DNA of 64,000 nt. It comes from Eledone cirrhosa. Its lineage: Eukaryota. Made by a program: the position numbers and the translations under genes. The notes below the pieces were generated by a model. The model worked only from the letters and a program-made list of their open reading frames with translations. It made no database searches and was not told where the DNA came from. Numbering within the stretch: the first letter of the stretch is position 1; each line of letters begins with the position of its first letter. Positions 1 through 14,424 of this stretch are shown here, one piece after another. The DNA is taken from the NCBI GenBank assembly GCA_964016885.1, contig OZ024741.1:396552001-396616000 (forward strand). The letters are read 5' to 3'.

Positions 1-3000
1 TCAGTCACACCACAAGGGTCAAAGTGCATCAATCAGTCACACCACAAGGGTCAAAGTGTTTCAATCAGTCACACCACTAGGGTCAAAGTGCATCAATCAG
101 TCACACCACAAGAGTCAAAGTGCATCAATCAGTCACACCACAAGGGTCAAAGTGCATCAATCAGTCACACCACAAGAGTCAAAGTGTTTCAATAAGTCAC
201 ACCACAAGGGTCAAAGTGCATCAATCAGTCACACCACAAGGGTCAAAGTGCATCAATCAGTCACATCACAAGAGTCAAAGTGTTTCAATCAGTCACACCA
301 CAAGGGTCAAAGTGCATCAATCAGTCACACCACAAGGGTCAAAGTGCATCAATCAGTCACACCACAAGGGTCAAAGTGCATCAATCAGTCACACCACAAG
401 GGTCAAATTCCTTCAATCAGTCACACCACAAGGGTCAAAGTGCATCAATCAGTCACACCACAAGGGTCAAAGTGCATCAATCAGTCACACCACAAGGGTC
501 AAATTCCTTCAATCAGTCACACCACAAGGGTCAAATTCCTTCAATCAGTCACACCACAAGAGTCAAAGTGCATCAATCAGTCACACCACAAGGGTCAAAG
601 TGCATCAATCAGTCACACCACAAGGGTCAAATTCCTTCAATCAGTCACACCACAAGAGTCAAAGTGCATCAATCAGTCACACCACAAAAGTCAAAGTGCA
701 TCAATCAGTTACACCACAAGGGTCAAATTCCTTCAATCAGTCACACCACAAGAGTCAAAGTGCATCAATCAGTCACACCACAAGGGTCAAAGTGCATCAA
801 TCAGTCACACCACAAGGGTCAAAGTGCATGAATCATTCACACCACAAGGGTCAAAATGCATCAATCAGTCACACCACAAGGGTCAAAGTGCATCAATCAG
901 TCACACCACAAGAGTCAAAGTGCATCAATCAGTCACACCACAAGGGTCAAAGTGCATCAATCAGTCACACCACAAGGGTCAAAGTGCATCAATCAGTCAC
1001 ACCACAAGGGTCAAAGTGCATCAATCAGTCACACCACAAGAGTCAAAGTGCATCAATCAGTCACACCACAAGGGTCAAATTCCTTCAATCAGTCACACCA
1101 CAAGAGTCAAAGTGCATCAATGAGTCACACCACAAGGGTCGAAGTGCATCAATCAGTCACACCACAAGGGTCAAAGTGTTTCAATCAGTCACACCACAAG
1201 GGTCAAAGTGCATCAATCAGTCACACCACAAGGGTCAAAGTGTTTCAATCAGTCACACCACAAGAGTCAAAGTGCATCAATCAGTCACACCACAAGGGTC
1301 AAAGTGCATCAATCAGTCACACCACAAGGGTCAAAGTGCATCAATCAGTTACACCACAAGAGTCAAAGTGCATCAATCAGTCACACCACAAGAGTCAAAG
1401 TGCATCAATCAGTCACACCACAAGAGTCGAAGTGAATCAATCAGTCACACCACAAGGTCAAAGTGCATCAATCAGTCACACCACAAGAGTCAAAGTGCAT
1501 CAATCAGTCACACCACAAGGGTCAAATTCCTTCAATCAGTCACACCACAAGAGTCAAAGTGCATCAATCAGTCACAACACAAGAGTCAAAGTGCATCAAT
1601 CAGTCACACCACAAGGATCAAATTCCTTCAATCAGTCACACCACAAGAATCAAAGTGCATCAATCAGTCACACCACAAGAGTCAAAGTGCATCAATCAGT
1701 CACACTACAAGGGTCAAAGTGCATCAATCAGTCACACCACCAGGGTCAAATTCCTTCAATCAGTCACACCACAAGGGTCAAATTCCTTCAATCAGTCACA
1801 CCACAAGAGTCAAAGTGCATCAATCAGTCACACCACGAGGGTCAAAGTGCATCAATCAGTTACAGCACAAGAGTCAAAGTGCATCAATCAGTCACACCAC
1901 AAGAGTCAAAGTGCATCAATCAGTCACACCACAAGAGTCAAAGTGCATCAATCAGTCACACCACAAGGGTCAAAGTGCATCAATCAGTCACACCACAACA
2001 GTCAAAGTGCATCAATAAGTCACACCACAAGGGTCAAATTCCTTCAATCAGTCACACCACAAGAGCCAAAGTGCATCAATCAGTCACACCACAAGGGTCA
2101 AAGTGCATCAATCAGTCACACCACAAGAGTCAAAGTGTTTCAATCAGTCACACCACAAGGGTCAAAGTGCATCAATCAGTCACACCACAAGGGTCAAAGT
2201 GTTTCAATCAGTCACACCACAAGGGTCAAAGTGCATCAATCAGTCACACCACAAGAGTCAAAGTGCATCAATCAGTCACACCACAAGGGTCAAAGTGCAT
2301 CAATCAGTCACACCACAAGAGTCAAAGTGTTTCAATAAGTCACACCACAAGGGTCAAAGTGCATCAATCAGTCACACCACAAGGGTCAAAGTGCATCAAT
2401 CAGTCACATCACAAGAGTCAAAGTGTTTCAATCAGTCACACCACAAGGGTCAAAGTGCATCAATCAGTCACACCACAAGGGTCAAAGTGCATCAATCAGT
2501 CACACCACAAGGGTCAAAGTGCATCAATCAGTCACACCACAAGGGTCAAATTCCTTCAATCAGTCACACCACAAGGGTCAAAGTGCATCAATCAGTCACA
2601 CCACAAGGGTCAAAGTGCATCAATCAGTCACACCACAAGGGTCAAATTCCTTCAATCAGTCACACCACAAGGGTCAAATTCCTTCAATCAGTCACACCAC
2701 AAGAGTCAAAGTGCATCAATCAGTCACACCACAAGGGTTAAAGTGCATCAATCAGTTACACCACAAGAGTCAAAGTGCATCAATCAGTCACACCACAAGA
2801 GTCAAAGTGCATCAATCAGTCACACCACAAGGGTCAAAGTGCATCAATCAGTCACACCACAACAGTCAAAGTGCATCAATAAGTCACACCACAAGGGTCA
2901 AATTCCTTCAATCAGTCACACCACAAGAGCCAAAGTGCATCAATCAGTCACACCACAAGAGTCAAAGTGCATCAATCAGTCACACCACAAGGGTCAAATC

Positions 3001-6000
3001 CTTCAATCAGTCACACCACAAGAGTCAAAGTGCATCAATCAGTCACACCACAAGAGTCAAAGTGCATCAATCAGTCACACCACAAGGGTCAAATTCATTC
3101 AATCAGTCACACCACAAGAGTCAAAGTGCATCAATCAGTCTCACCACAAGAGTCAAAGTGCATCAATCAGCCACACCACAAGGGTCAAAGTGCATCAATC
3201 AGTCACACCACAAGGGTCAAAGTGCATCAATCAGCCACACCACAAGGGTCAAAGTGCATCAATCAGTCACACCACAAGAGTCAAAGTGCATCAATCAGCC
3301 ACACCACAAGAGTCAAAGTGCATCAATCAGTTACACCACAAGAGTCAAAATGCATCAATCAGTTACACCATAAGAGTCAACGTGCGTCAATCAGTCACAC
3401 CACAAGGGTCAAAGTGCATCAATCAGCCACACCACACGGGTCAAAGTGCATCAATACGTCACACCACAAGAGTCAAAGTGCATCAATCAGTCACACCACA
3501 AGGGTCAAAGTACATCAATCAGTTACACCACAAGAGTCAAAGTGCATCAATCAGTTACACCACAAGAGTCAGAGTGCATCAATCAGTCACACCACAAGAG
3601 TCAAAGTGCATCAATCAATCACACCACAAGGGTCAAAGTGCATCAATCAGTCACACCACAAGGGTCAAAGTGCATCAATCAGTCACACCACAAGAGTCAA
3701 AGTGCATCAATTAGTTACACCACAAGACTCAAAGTGCATCAATCAGTCACACCACAAGAGTCAAAGTGCATCAATCAGTCACACCACAAGAGTCAAAGTG
3801 CATCAATCAGTTACACCACAAGAGTCAAAATGCATCAATCAGTTACACCACAAGAGTCAAAGTGCATCAATCAGTCACACCACAAGAGTCAAAGTGCATC
3901 AATCAGTTACACCACAAGAGTCAAAGTGCATCAATCAGTCACACCACAAGGGTCAAAGTGCATCAATCAGTCACACCACAAGGGTCAAAGTGCATCAATC
4001 AGTTACACCACAAGAGTCAAAGTGCATCAATCAGTCACACCACAAGGGTCAAAGTGCATCAATCAGTCACACCACAAGGGTCAAAGTGCATCAATCAGAC
4101 ACACCACAAGGGTCAAAGTGCATCAATCAGTTACACCACAAGAGTCAAAGTGCATCAATCAGTCACACCACAAGGGTCAAAGTGCATCAATCAGTCACAC
4201 CACAAGGGTCAAAGTGCATCAATCAGTCACACCACAAGAGTCAAAGTGCATCAATCAGTTACACCACAAGAGTCAAAGTGCATCAATCAGTCACACCACA
4301 AGGGTCAAAGTGCATCAATCAGTCACACCACAAGGGTCAAAGTGCATCAATCAGTTACACCACAAGAGTCAAAGTGCATCAATCAGTCACACCACAAGAG
4401 TCAAAGTGCATCAATCAGTCACACCACAAGAGTCAAAGTGAATCAATCAGTCACACCACAAGGGTCAAAGTGCATCAATCAGTCACACCACAAGAGTCAA
4501 AGTGCATCAATCAGTCACACCACAAGGGTCAAAGTGCATCAATCAGTCACACCACAACAGTCAAAGTGCATCAATAAGTCACACCACAAGGGTCAAATTC
4601 CTTCAATCAGTCACACCACAAGAGCCAAAGTGCATCAATCAGTCACACCACAAGAGTCAAAGTGCATCAATCAGTCACACCACAAAGGTCAAATTCCTTC
4701 AATCAGTCACACCACAAGAGTCAAAGTGCATCAATCAGTCACACCACAAGTGTCAAAGTGCATCAATCAGTCACACCACAAGGGTCAAATTCATTCAATC
4801 AGTCACACCACAAGAGTCAAAGTGCATCAATCAGTCACACCACAAGAGTCAAAGTGCATCAATCAGCCACACCACAAGGGTCAAAGTGCATCAATCAGTC
4901 ACACCACAAGGGTCAAAGTGCATCAATCAGTCACACCACAAGGGTCAAAGTGCATCAATCAGTCACACCACAAGGGTCAAAGTGCATCAATCAGTCACAC
5001 CACAAGGGTCAAAGTGCATCAATCACACACACCACAAGAGTCAAAGTGCATCAATCAGTCACACCACAAGAGTCAAAGTGCATCAATCAGTCACACCACA
5101 AGGGTCAAATTCCTTCAATCAGTCACACCACAAGGGTCAAAGTGCATCAATCAGTCACACCACAAGAGTCAAAGTGCATCAATCAGTCACACCACAAGGG
5201 TCAAAGTGCATCAATCAGTCACACCACAAGGGTCAAAGTGCATCAATCAGTCACACCACAAGAGTCAAAGTGCATCAATCAGTCACACCACAAGGGTCAA
5301 AGTGCATCAATCAGTCACACCACAAGAGTCAAAGTGCATCAATCAGCCACACCACAAGGGTCAAAGTGCATCAATCAGTCACACCACAAGGGTCAAAGTG
5401 CATCAATCAGCCACACCACAAGGGTCAAAGTGCATCAATCAGTCACACCACAAGGGTCAAAGTGCATCAATCAGTCACACCACAAGAGTCAAAGTGCATC
5501 AATCAGTCACACCACAAGGGTCAAAGTGCATCAATCAGTCACACCACAAGAGTCAAGGGGCACCAATCAGTCACACCACAAGGGTCAAATTCCTTCAATC
5601 AGTCACACCACAAGGCTCAAAGGGCATCAATCAGTCACACCTCAAGACTCAAAGTGCATCAATCAGTCACACCACAAGGGTCAAAGTGCATCAATCAGTG
5701 ACACCACGAGAGTCAAAGTGCATCAATCAGTCACACGACAAGGGTCAAAGTGCATCAATCAGTCACACCACAAGGGTCAAAGTGCATCAATCAGTAACAC
5801 CACAAGAGTCAAACAGCATCAATCAGTCACACCACAAGGGTCAACGTGCATCAATCAGTCACACCACAAGGGTCAAAGTGCATCAATTAGTCACACCACA
5901 AGGGTGAAAGTGCATCAATCAGTCACACCACAAGGGTCAAAGTGCATCCATCAGCCACACCACAAGGGTCAAAGTGCATCTATCAGTCACACCACAAGAG

Positions 6001-7299
6001 TCAAAGTGCATCAATCAGCCACACCACAAGAGTCAAAGTGCATCAATCAGTTACACCACAAGAGTCAAAGTGCACCTATCAGTCACACCACAAGAGTCAA
6101 AGTGCATCAATCAGTCCCACCACAAGAGTCAAAGTGCATCAATCAGTTACACCACAAGAGTCAAAGTGCATCAATCAGTCACACCACAAGGGTCAAAGTG
6201 CATCAATCAGCCACACCACAAGGGTCAAAGTGCATCAATCAGTCACACCACAAGAGTCAAAGTGCATCAATCAGTCACACCACAAGGGTCAAAGTGCATC
6301 AATCAGTTACACCACAAGAGTCAATGTGCATCAATCAGTTACACCACAAGAGTCAAAGTGCATCAATCAGACACACCACAAGGGTCAAAGTGCATCAATC
6401 AGTTACACCACAAGAGTCAAAGTGCATCAATGAGTTACACCACAAGAGTCAAAGTGCATCAATCAGTCACACCACAAGGGTCAAAGTGCATCAATCAGTC
6501 ACACCACAAGGGTCAAAGTGCATCAATCAGTCAGACCACAAGGGTCAAAGTGCATCAATCAGTCACACCACAAGTGTCAAAGTGCATCAATCAGTCACAC
6601 CACAAGAGTCAAAGTGCATCAATGAGTCACACCACAAGGGTCAAAGTGCATCAATCAGTCACACCACAAGGGTCAAAGTGCATCAATCATTCACACCACA
6701 AGGGTCAAAGTGCATCAATCAGTCGCACCACAAGGGTCAAAGTGCATCAAATCAATCAGTCACACCACAAGAGTCAAAGTGCATCAATCAGTCACACCAC
6801 AAGGGTCAAATTCCTTCAATCAGTCACACCACAAGGGTCAAAGTGCATCAATCAGTCACACCACAAGGGTCAAAGTGCATCAATCAGTCACACCACAAGA
6901 GTCAAAGTGCTTCAATCAGTCACACCACAAGGGTCAAATTCCTTCAATCAGTCACACCACAAGGGTCAAAGTGCATCAATCAGTCACACCAGAAGGGTCA
7001 AAGTGCATCAATCAGTCACACCACAAGGGTCAAAGTGCATCAATCAGTCACACCACAAGGGTCAAAGTGCATCAATCAGTCACACCACAAGAGTCAAAGT
7101 GCATCAATCAGTCACACCACAAGAGTCAAAGTGCTTCAATCAGTCACACCACAAGGGTCAAATTCCTTCAATCAGTCACACCACAAGGGTCAAAGTGCAT
7201 CAATCAGTCACACCACAAGGGTCAAAGTGCATCAATCAGTCACACCACAAGGGTCAAAGTGCATCAATCAGTCACACCACAAGGGTCAAAGTGCATCAA

Positions 7300-10200
7300 T
7301 CAGTCACACCACAAGGGTCAAAGTGCATCACAGTCACACCACAAGTGTCAAAGTGCATCAATCAGTCACACCACAAGGGTCAAAGAGCATCAATCAGTCA
7401 CACAACAAGAGTCAAAGTGCATCAATCAGCCACACCACAAGGTTAAAGTGCATCAATCAGTCACACCACAAGGGTCAAAGTGCATCAATCAGTCAGACCA
7501 CAAGGGTCAAAGTGGATCAATCAGTCACACCACAAGGGTCAAAGTGCATCAATCAATCACACCACAAGGGTCAAAGTGCATCAATCAGTCACACCACAAG
7601 AGTCAAGGGGCACCAATCAGTCACACCACAAGGGTCAAATTCCTTCAATCAGTCACACCACAAGGGTCAAAGTGCATCAATCAGTCACACCTCAAGAGTC
7701 AAGGGGCACCAATCAGTCACACCACAAGGGTCAAATTCCTTCAATCAGTCACACCACAAGGGTCAAAGTGCATCAATCAGTCACACCACAAGGGTCAAAG
7801 TGCATCAATCAGTCACACCACAAGGGTCAAAGTGCATCAATCAGTCACACCACAAGAGTCAAAGTGCATCAATCAGTCACACCACAAGGGTCAAAGTGCA
7901 TCAATCAGTCACACCACAAGGGTCAAAGTGCATCAATCAGTCACACCACAAGGGTCAAAGTGCATCAATCAGTCACACCACAAGAGTCAAAGTGCATCAA
8001 TCAGTCACACCACAAGGGTCAAATTCCTTCAATCAGTCACACCACAAGAGTCAAAGTGCATCAATCAGTCACACCACAAGGGTCAAAGTGCATCAATCAG
8101 TTACACCACAAGGGTCAAAGTGCATCAATCAGTCACACCACACGAGTCAAAGTGCATCAATCAGTCACACCACAAGGGTCAAAGTGCATCAATCAGTCAC
8201 ACCACAAGGGTCAAAGTGCATCACAGTCACACCACAAGTGTCAAAGTGCATCAATCAGTCACACCACAAGGGTCAAAGAGCATCAATCAGTCACACAACA
8301 AGAGTCAAAGTGCATCAATCAGCCACACCACAAGGTTAAAGTGCATCAATCAGTCACACCACAAGGGTCAAAGTGCATCAATCAGTCAGACCACAAGGGT
8401 CAAAGTGGATCAATCAGTCACACCACAAGGGTCAAAGTGCATCAATCAATCACACCACAAGGGTCAAAGTGCATCAATCAGTCACACCACAAGAGTCAAG
8501 GGGCACCAATCAGTCACACCACAAGGGTCAAATTCCTTCAATCAGTCACACCACAAGGGTCAAAGTGCATCAATCAGTCACACCTCAAGAGTCAAAGTGC
8601 ATCAATCAGTCACACCACAAGGGTCAAAGTGCATCAATCAGTCACACCACGAGGGTCAAAGTGCATCAATCAGTCACACGACAAGGGTCAAAGTGCATCA
8701 ATCAGTCACACCACAAGGGTCAAAGTGCATCAATCAGTCACACCACAAGGGTCAAAGTGCATCAATCAGTCACACCACAAGAGTCAAAGTGCATCAATCA
8801 GTCACACCACATGGGTCAAATTCCTTCAATCAGTCACACCACAAGAGTCAAAGTGCATCAATCAGTCACACCACAAGGGTCAAAGTGCATCAATCAGTTA
8901 CACCACAAGGGTCAAAGTGCATCAATCAGTCACACCACACGAGTCAAAGTGCATCAATCAGTCACACCACAAGGGTCAAAGTGCATCAATCAGTCACACC
9001 ACAAGGGTCAAAGTGCATCACAGTCACACCACAAGTGTCAAAGTGCATCAATCAGTCACACCACAAGGGTCAAAGAGCATCAATCAGTCACACAACAAGA
9101 GTCAAAGTGCATCAATCAGCCACACCACAAGGTTAAAGTGCATCAATCAGTCACACCACAAGGGTCAAAGTGCATCAATCAGTCAGACCACAAGGGTCAA
9201 AGTGGATCAATCAGTCACACCACAAGGGTCAAAGTGCATCAATCAATCACACCACAAGGGTCAAAGTGCATCAATCAGTCACACCACAAGAGTCAAGGGG
9301 CACCAATCACTCACACCACAAGGGTCAAATTCCTTCAATCAGTCACACCACAAGGGTCAAAGTGCATCAATCAGTCACACCTCAAGAGTCAAAGTGCATC
9401 AATCAGTCACACCACAAGGGTCAAAGTGCATCAATCAGTCACACCACGAGGGTCAAAGTGCATCAATCAGTCACACGACAAGGGTCAAAGTGCATCAATC
9501 AGTCACACCACAAGGGTCAAAGTGCATCAATCAGTCACACCACAAGGGTCAAAGTGCATCAATCAGTCACACCACAAGGGTCAAAGTGCATCAATCAGTC
9601 ACACCACAAGAGTCAAAGTGCATCAATCAGTCACACCACAAGGGTCAAATTCCTTCAATCAGTCACACCACAAGAGTCAAAGTGCATCAATCAGTCACAC
9701 CACAAGGGTCAAAGTGCATCAATCAGTCACACCACAAGAGTCAAAGTGCTTCAATCAGTCACACCACAAGGGTCAAATTCCTTCAATCAGTCACACCACA
9801 AGGGTCAAAGTGCATCAATCAGTCACACCACAAGGGTCAAAGTGCATCAATCAGTCACACCACAAGGGTCAAAGTGCATCAATCAGTCACACCACAAGAG
9901 TCAAAGTGCATCAATCAGTCACACCACAAGGGTCAAAGTGCATCAATCAGTCACACCACAAGGGTCAAAGTGCATCAATCAGTCACACCACAAGAGTCAA
10001 AGTGCATCAATCAGTCACACCACAAGGGTCAAAGTGCATCAATCAGTCACACCACAAGGGTCAAAGTGCATCAATCAGTCACACCACAAGGGTCAAAGTG
10101 CATCAATCAGTCACACCACAAGAGTCAAAGTGCATCAATCAGTCACACCACAAGGGTCAAATTCCTTCAATCAGTCACACCACAAGAGTCAAAGTGCATC

Positions 10201-10850
10201 AATCAGTCACACCACAAGCGTCAAAGTGCATCAATCAGTTACACCACAAGGGTCAAAGTGCATCAATCAGTCACACCACACGAGTCAAAGTGCATCAATC
10301 AGTCACACCACAAGGGTCAAAGTTCATCAATCAGTCACACCACAAGGGTCAAAGTGCATCACAGTCACACCACAAGTGTCAAAGTGCATCAATCAGTCAC
10401 ACCACAAGGGTCAAAGAGCATCAATCAGTCACACAACAAGAGTCAAAGTGCATCAATCAGCCACACCACAAGGTTAAAGTGCATCAATCAGTCACACCAC
10501 AAGGGTCAAAGTGCATCAATCAGTCAGACCACAAGGGTCAAAGTGGATCAATCAGTCACACCACAAGGGTCAAAGTGCATCAATCAATCACACCACAAGG
10601 GTCAAAGTGCATCAATCAGTCACACCACAAGAGTCAAGGGGCACCAATCAGTCACACCACAAGGGTCAAATTCCTTCAATCAGTCACACCACAAGGGTCA
10701 AAGTGCATCAATCAGTCACACCTCAAGAGTCAAAGTGCATCAATCAGTCACACCACAAGGGTCAAAGTGCATCAATCAGTCACACCACGAGGGTCAAAGT
10801 GCATCAATCAGTCACACGACAAGGGTCAAAGTGCATCAATCAGTCACACC
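7300..10850. repeat. Four copies of a variant-monomer module (spacings 893, 797, 1341 bp), repeated again at ~20480-24030
   Basis: The same ordered markers occur at ~7325, ~8220, ~9015 and ~10355: CATCACAG (-2), AAGTGTC, AAAGAGCA, CACAACAAG, GGTTAAA (-1), CAGACC..GTGGA, AAGGGGCACC, TTCCT, CCTCAAG. ORFs starting MHQSVRPQGSKW occur at 7480, 8373, 9170 and 10511. Confidence 0.9.
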
Positions 10851-11319
10851 ACAAGGGTCAAAGTGCATCAATCAGTCACACCACAAGGGTCAAAGTGCAT
10901 CAATCAGTCACACCACAAGGGTCAAAGTGCATCAATCAGTCACACCACAAGAGTCAAAGTGCATCAATCAGTCACACCACAAGGGTCAAATTCCTTCAAT
11001 CAGTCACACCACAAGGGTCAAAGTGCATCAATCAGTCACACCACAAGAGTCAAAGTGCATCAATCAGTCACACCACAAGGGTCAAAGTGCATCAATCAGC
11101 CACACCACAAGGGTCAAAGTGCATCAATCAGTCACACCACAAGTGTCAAAGTGCATCAATCAGTCACACCACAAGAGTCAAAGTGCATCAATGAGTCACA
11201 CCACAAGGGTCAAAGTGCATCAATCAGTCACACCACAAGGGTCAAAGTGCATCAATCATTCACACCACAAGGGTCAAAGTGCATCAATCAGTCACACCAC
11301 AAGGGTCAAAGTGCATCAA

Positions 11320-13018
11320 ATCAATCAGTCACACCACAAGAGTCAAAGTGCATCAATCAGTCACACCACAAGGGTCAAATTCCTTCAATCAGTCACACCA
11401 CAAGGGTCAAAGTGCATCAATCAGTCACACCACACGAGTCAAATTGCATCAATCAGTCACACCACAAGGGTCAAAGTGCATCAATCAGTTACACCACAAG
11501 GGTCAAAGTGCATCACAGTCACACCACAAGTGTCAAAGTGCATCAATCAGTCACACCACAAGGGTCAAAGTGCATCAATCAGTCACACCACAAGAGTCAA
11601 AGTGCATCAATCAGCCACACCACAAGGGTCAAAGTGCATCAATCAGTCACACCACAAGGGTCAAAGTGCATCAATCAGTCACACCACAAGGGTCAAAGTG
11701 GATCAATCAGTCACACCACAAGGGTCAAAGTGCATCAATCAGTCACACCACAAGGGTCAAAGTGCATCAATCAGTCACACCACAAGAGTCAAAGTGCATC
11801 AATCAGTCACACCACAAGAGTCAAGGGGCACCAATCAGTCACACCACAAGGGTCAAATTCCTTCAATCAGTCACACCACAAGGGTCAAAGGGCATCAATC
11901 AGTCACACCTCAAGACTCAAAGTGCATCAATCAGTCACACCACAAGGGTCAAAGTGCATCAATCAGTGACACCACGAGAGTCAAAGTGCATCAATCAGTC
12001 ACACGACAAGGGTCAAAGTGCATCAATCAGTCACACCACAAGGGTCAAAGTGCATCAATCAGTAACACCACAAGAGTCAAACAGCATCAATCAGTCACAC
12101 CACAAGGGTCAACGTGCATCAATCAGTCACACCACAAGGGTCAAAGTGCATCAATTAGTCACACCACAAGGGTCAAAGTGCATCAATCAGTCACACCACA
12201 AGGGTCAAAGTGCATCAATCAGCCACACCACAAGGGTCAAAGTGCATCTATCAGTCACACCACAAGAGTCAAAGTGCATCAATCAGCCACACCACAAGAG
12301 TAAAAGTGCATCAATCAGTTACACCACAAGAGTCAAAGTGCACCTATCAGTCACACCACAAGAGTCAAAGTGCATCAATCAGTCACACCACAAGAGTCAA
12401 AGTGCATCAATCAGTTACACCACAAGAGTCAAAGTGCATCAATCAGTCACACCACAAGGGTCAAAGTGCATCAATCAACCACACCACAAGGGTCAAAGTG
12501 CATCAATCAGTCACACCACAAGAGTCAAAGTGCATCAATCAGTCACACCACAAGGGTCAAAGTGCATCAATCAGTTACACCACAAGAGTCAATGTGCATC
12601 AATCAGTTACACCACAAGAGTCAAAGTGCATCAATCAGACACACCACAAGGGTCAAAGTGCATCAATCAGTTACACCACAAGAGTCAAAGTGCATCAATG
12701 AGTTACACCACAAGAGTCAAAGTGCATCAATCAGTCACACCACAAGGGTCAAAGTGCATCAATCAGTCACACCACAAGGGTCAAAGTGCATCAATCAGTC
12801 AGACCACAAGGGTCAAAGTGCATCAATCAGTCACACCACAAGTGTCAAAGTGCATCAATCAGTCACACCACAAGAGTCAAAGTGCATCAATGAGTCACAC
12901 CACAAGGGTCAAAGTGCATCAATCAGTCACACCACAAGGGTCAAAGTGCATCAATCATTCACACCACAAGGGTCAAAGTGCATCAATCAGTCTCACCACA
13001 AGGGTCAAAGTGCATCAA
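11320..13018. repeat. 1,699-bp (53-monomer) higher-order unit delimited by +5 ATCAA insertions; also 24501-26199, 29847-31545, 38421-40119
   Basis: The +5 insertion CATCAA-ATCAA-TCAG occurs at 11320/13019, 24501/26200, 29847/31546 and 38421/40120, each pair 1,699 bp apart (53x32+5-2). Confidence 0.9.
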
Positions 13019-14424
13019 ATCAATCAGTCACACCACAAGAGTCAAAGTGCATCAATCAGTCACACCACAAGGGTCAAAGTGCATCAATCAGTCACACCAC
13101 AAGGGTCAAAGTGCTTCAATCAGTCACACCACAAGGGTCAAAGTGCATCAATCAGTCACACCACACGAGTCAAAGTGCATCAATCAGTCACACCACAAGG
13201 GTCAAAGTGCATCAATCAGTCACACCACAAGGGTCAAAGTGCATCACAGTCACACCACAAGTGTCAAAGTGCATCAATCAGTCACACCACAAGGGTCAAA
13301 GTGCATCAATCAGTCACACCACAAGAGTCAAAGTGCATCAATCAGCCACACCACAAGGGTCAAAGTGCATCAATCAGTCACACCACAAGGGTCAAAGTGC
13401 ATCAATCAGTGACACCACAAGGGTCAAAGTGCATCAATCAGTCACACCACAAGAGTCAAAGTGCATCAATCAGTCACACCACAAGAGTCAAGGGGCACCA
13501 ATCAGTCACACCACAAGGGTCAAATTCTTTCAATCAGTCACACCACAAGGGTCAAAGTGCATCAATCAGTCACACCTCAAGACTCAAAGTGCATCAATCA
13601 GTCACACCACAAGGGTCAAAGTGCATCAATCAGTCACACCACGAGAGTCAAAGTGCATCAATCAGTCACACGACAAGGGTCAAAGTGCATCAATCAGTCA
13701 CACCACAAGGGTCAAAGTGCATCAATCAGTAACACCACAAGAGTCAAACAGCATCAATCAGTCACACCACAAGGGTCAACGTGCATCAATCAGTCACACC
13801 ACAAGGGTCAAAGTGCATCAATCAGTCACACCACAAGGGTCAAAGTGCATCTATCAGTCACACCACAAGAGTCAAAGTGCATCAATCAGCCACACCACAA
13901 GAGTCAAAGTGCATCAATCAGTTACACCACAAGAGTCAAAGTGCATCAATCAGTCACACCACAAGGGTCAAAGTGCATCAATCAGTCACACCACAAGAGT
14001 CAAAGTGCATCAATCAGACACACCACAAGAGTCAAAGTGCATCAATCAGTGACACCACAAGGGTCAAAGTGCTTCAATCAGTCACACCACAAGATTCAAA
14101 GTGTTTCAATCAGTCACACCACAAGAGTCAAAGTGCATCAATCAGTCACACCACAAGGGTCAAATTCCTTCAATCAGTCACACCACAAGGGTCAAAGTGC
14201 ATCAATCAGTCACACCACATGGGTCAAAGTGCATCAATCAGTCACACCACAAGAGTCAAAGTGCTTCAATCAGTCACACCACAAGGGTCAAATTTCTTCA
14301 ATCAGTCACACCACAAGGGTCAAAGTGCATCAATCAGTCACACCAGAAGGGTCAAAGTGCATCAATCAGTCACACCACAAGGGTCAAAGTGCATCAATCA
14401 GTCACACCACAAGGGTCAAATTCC

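Larger units (their letters stand above)
1244..14424. repeat. Copy 1 of a 13,181-bp (412-monomer) tandem segmental duplication
   Basis: ORF-track entries recur at exactly +13,181 (1463/14644, 2967/16148, 7480/20661, 12978/26159, 14101/27282). Rare variants also match, e.g. GTCGAAGTGAATC at ~1426/~14607 and GGTGAAAG at ~5903/~19084. 412x32-3=13,181, and the 15 indels in the unit sum to -3. Confidence 0.95.

Noticed and set aside
6751-13250. Apparently frame-compensating indel pairs (+5/-2 and -2/-1, net +/-3) as evidence of coding selection
   Set aside because: All frames encode the same repeat, so frame is irrelevant. Other clusters sum to -4 or -1, and the pairs are a few ancestral events copied by duplication.
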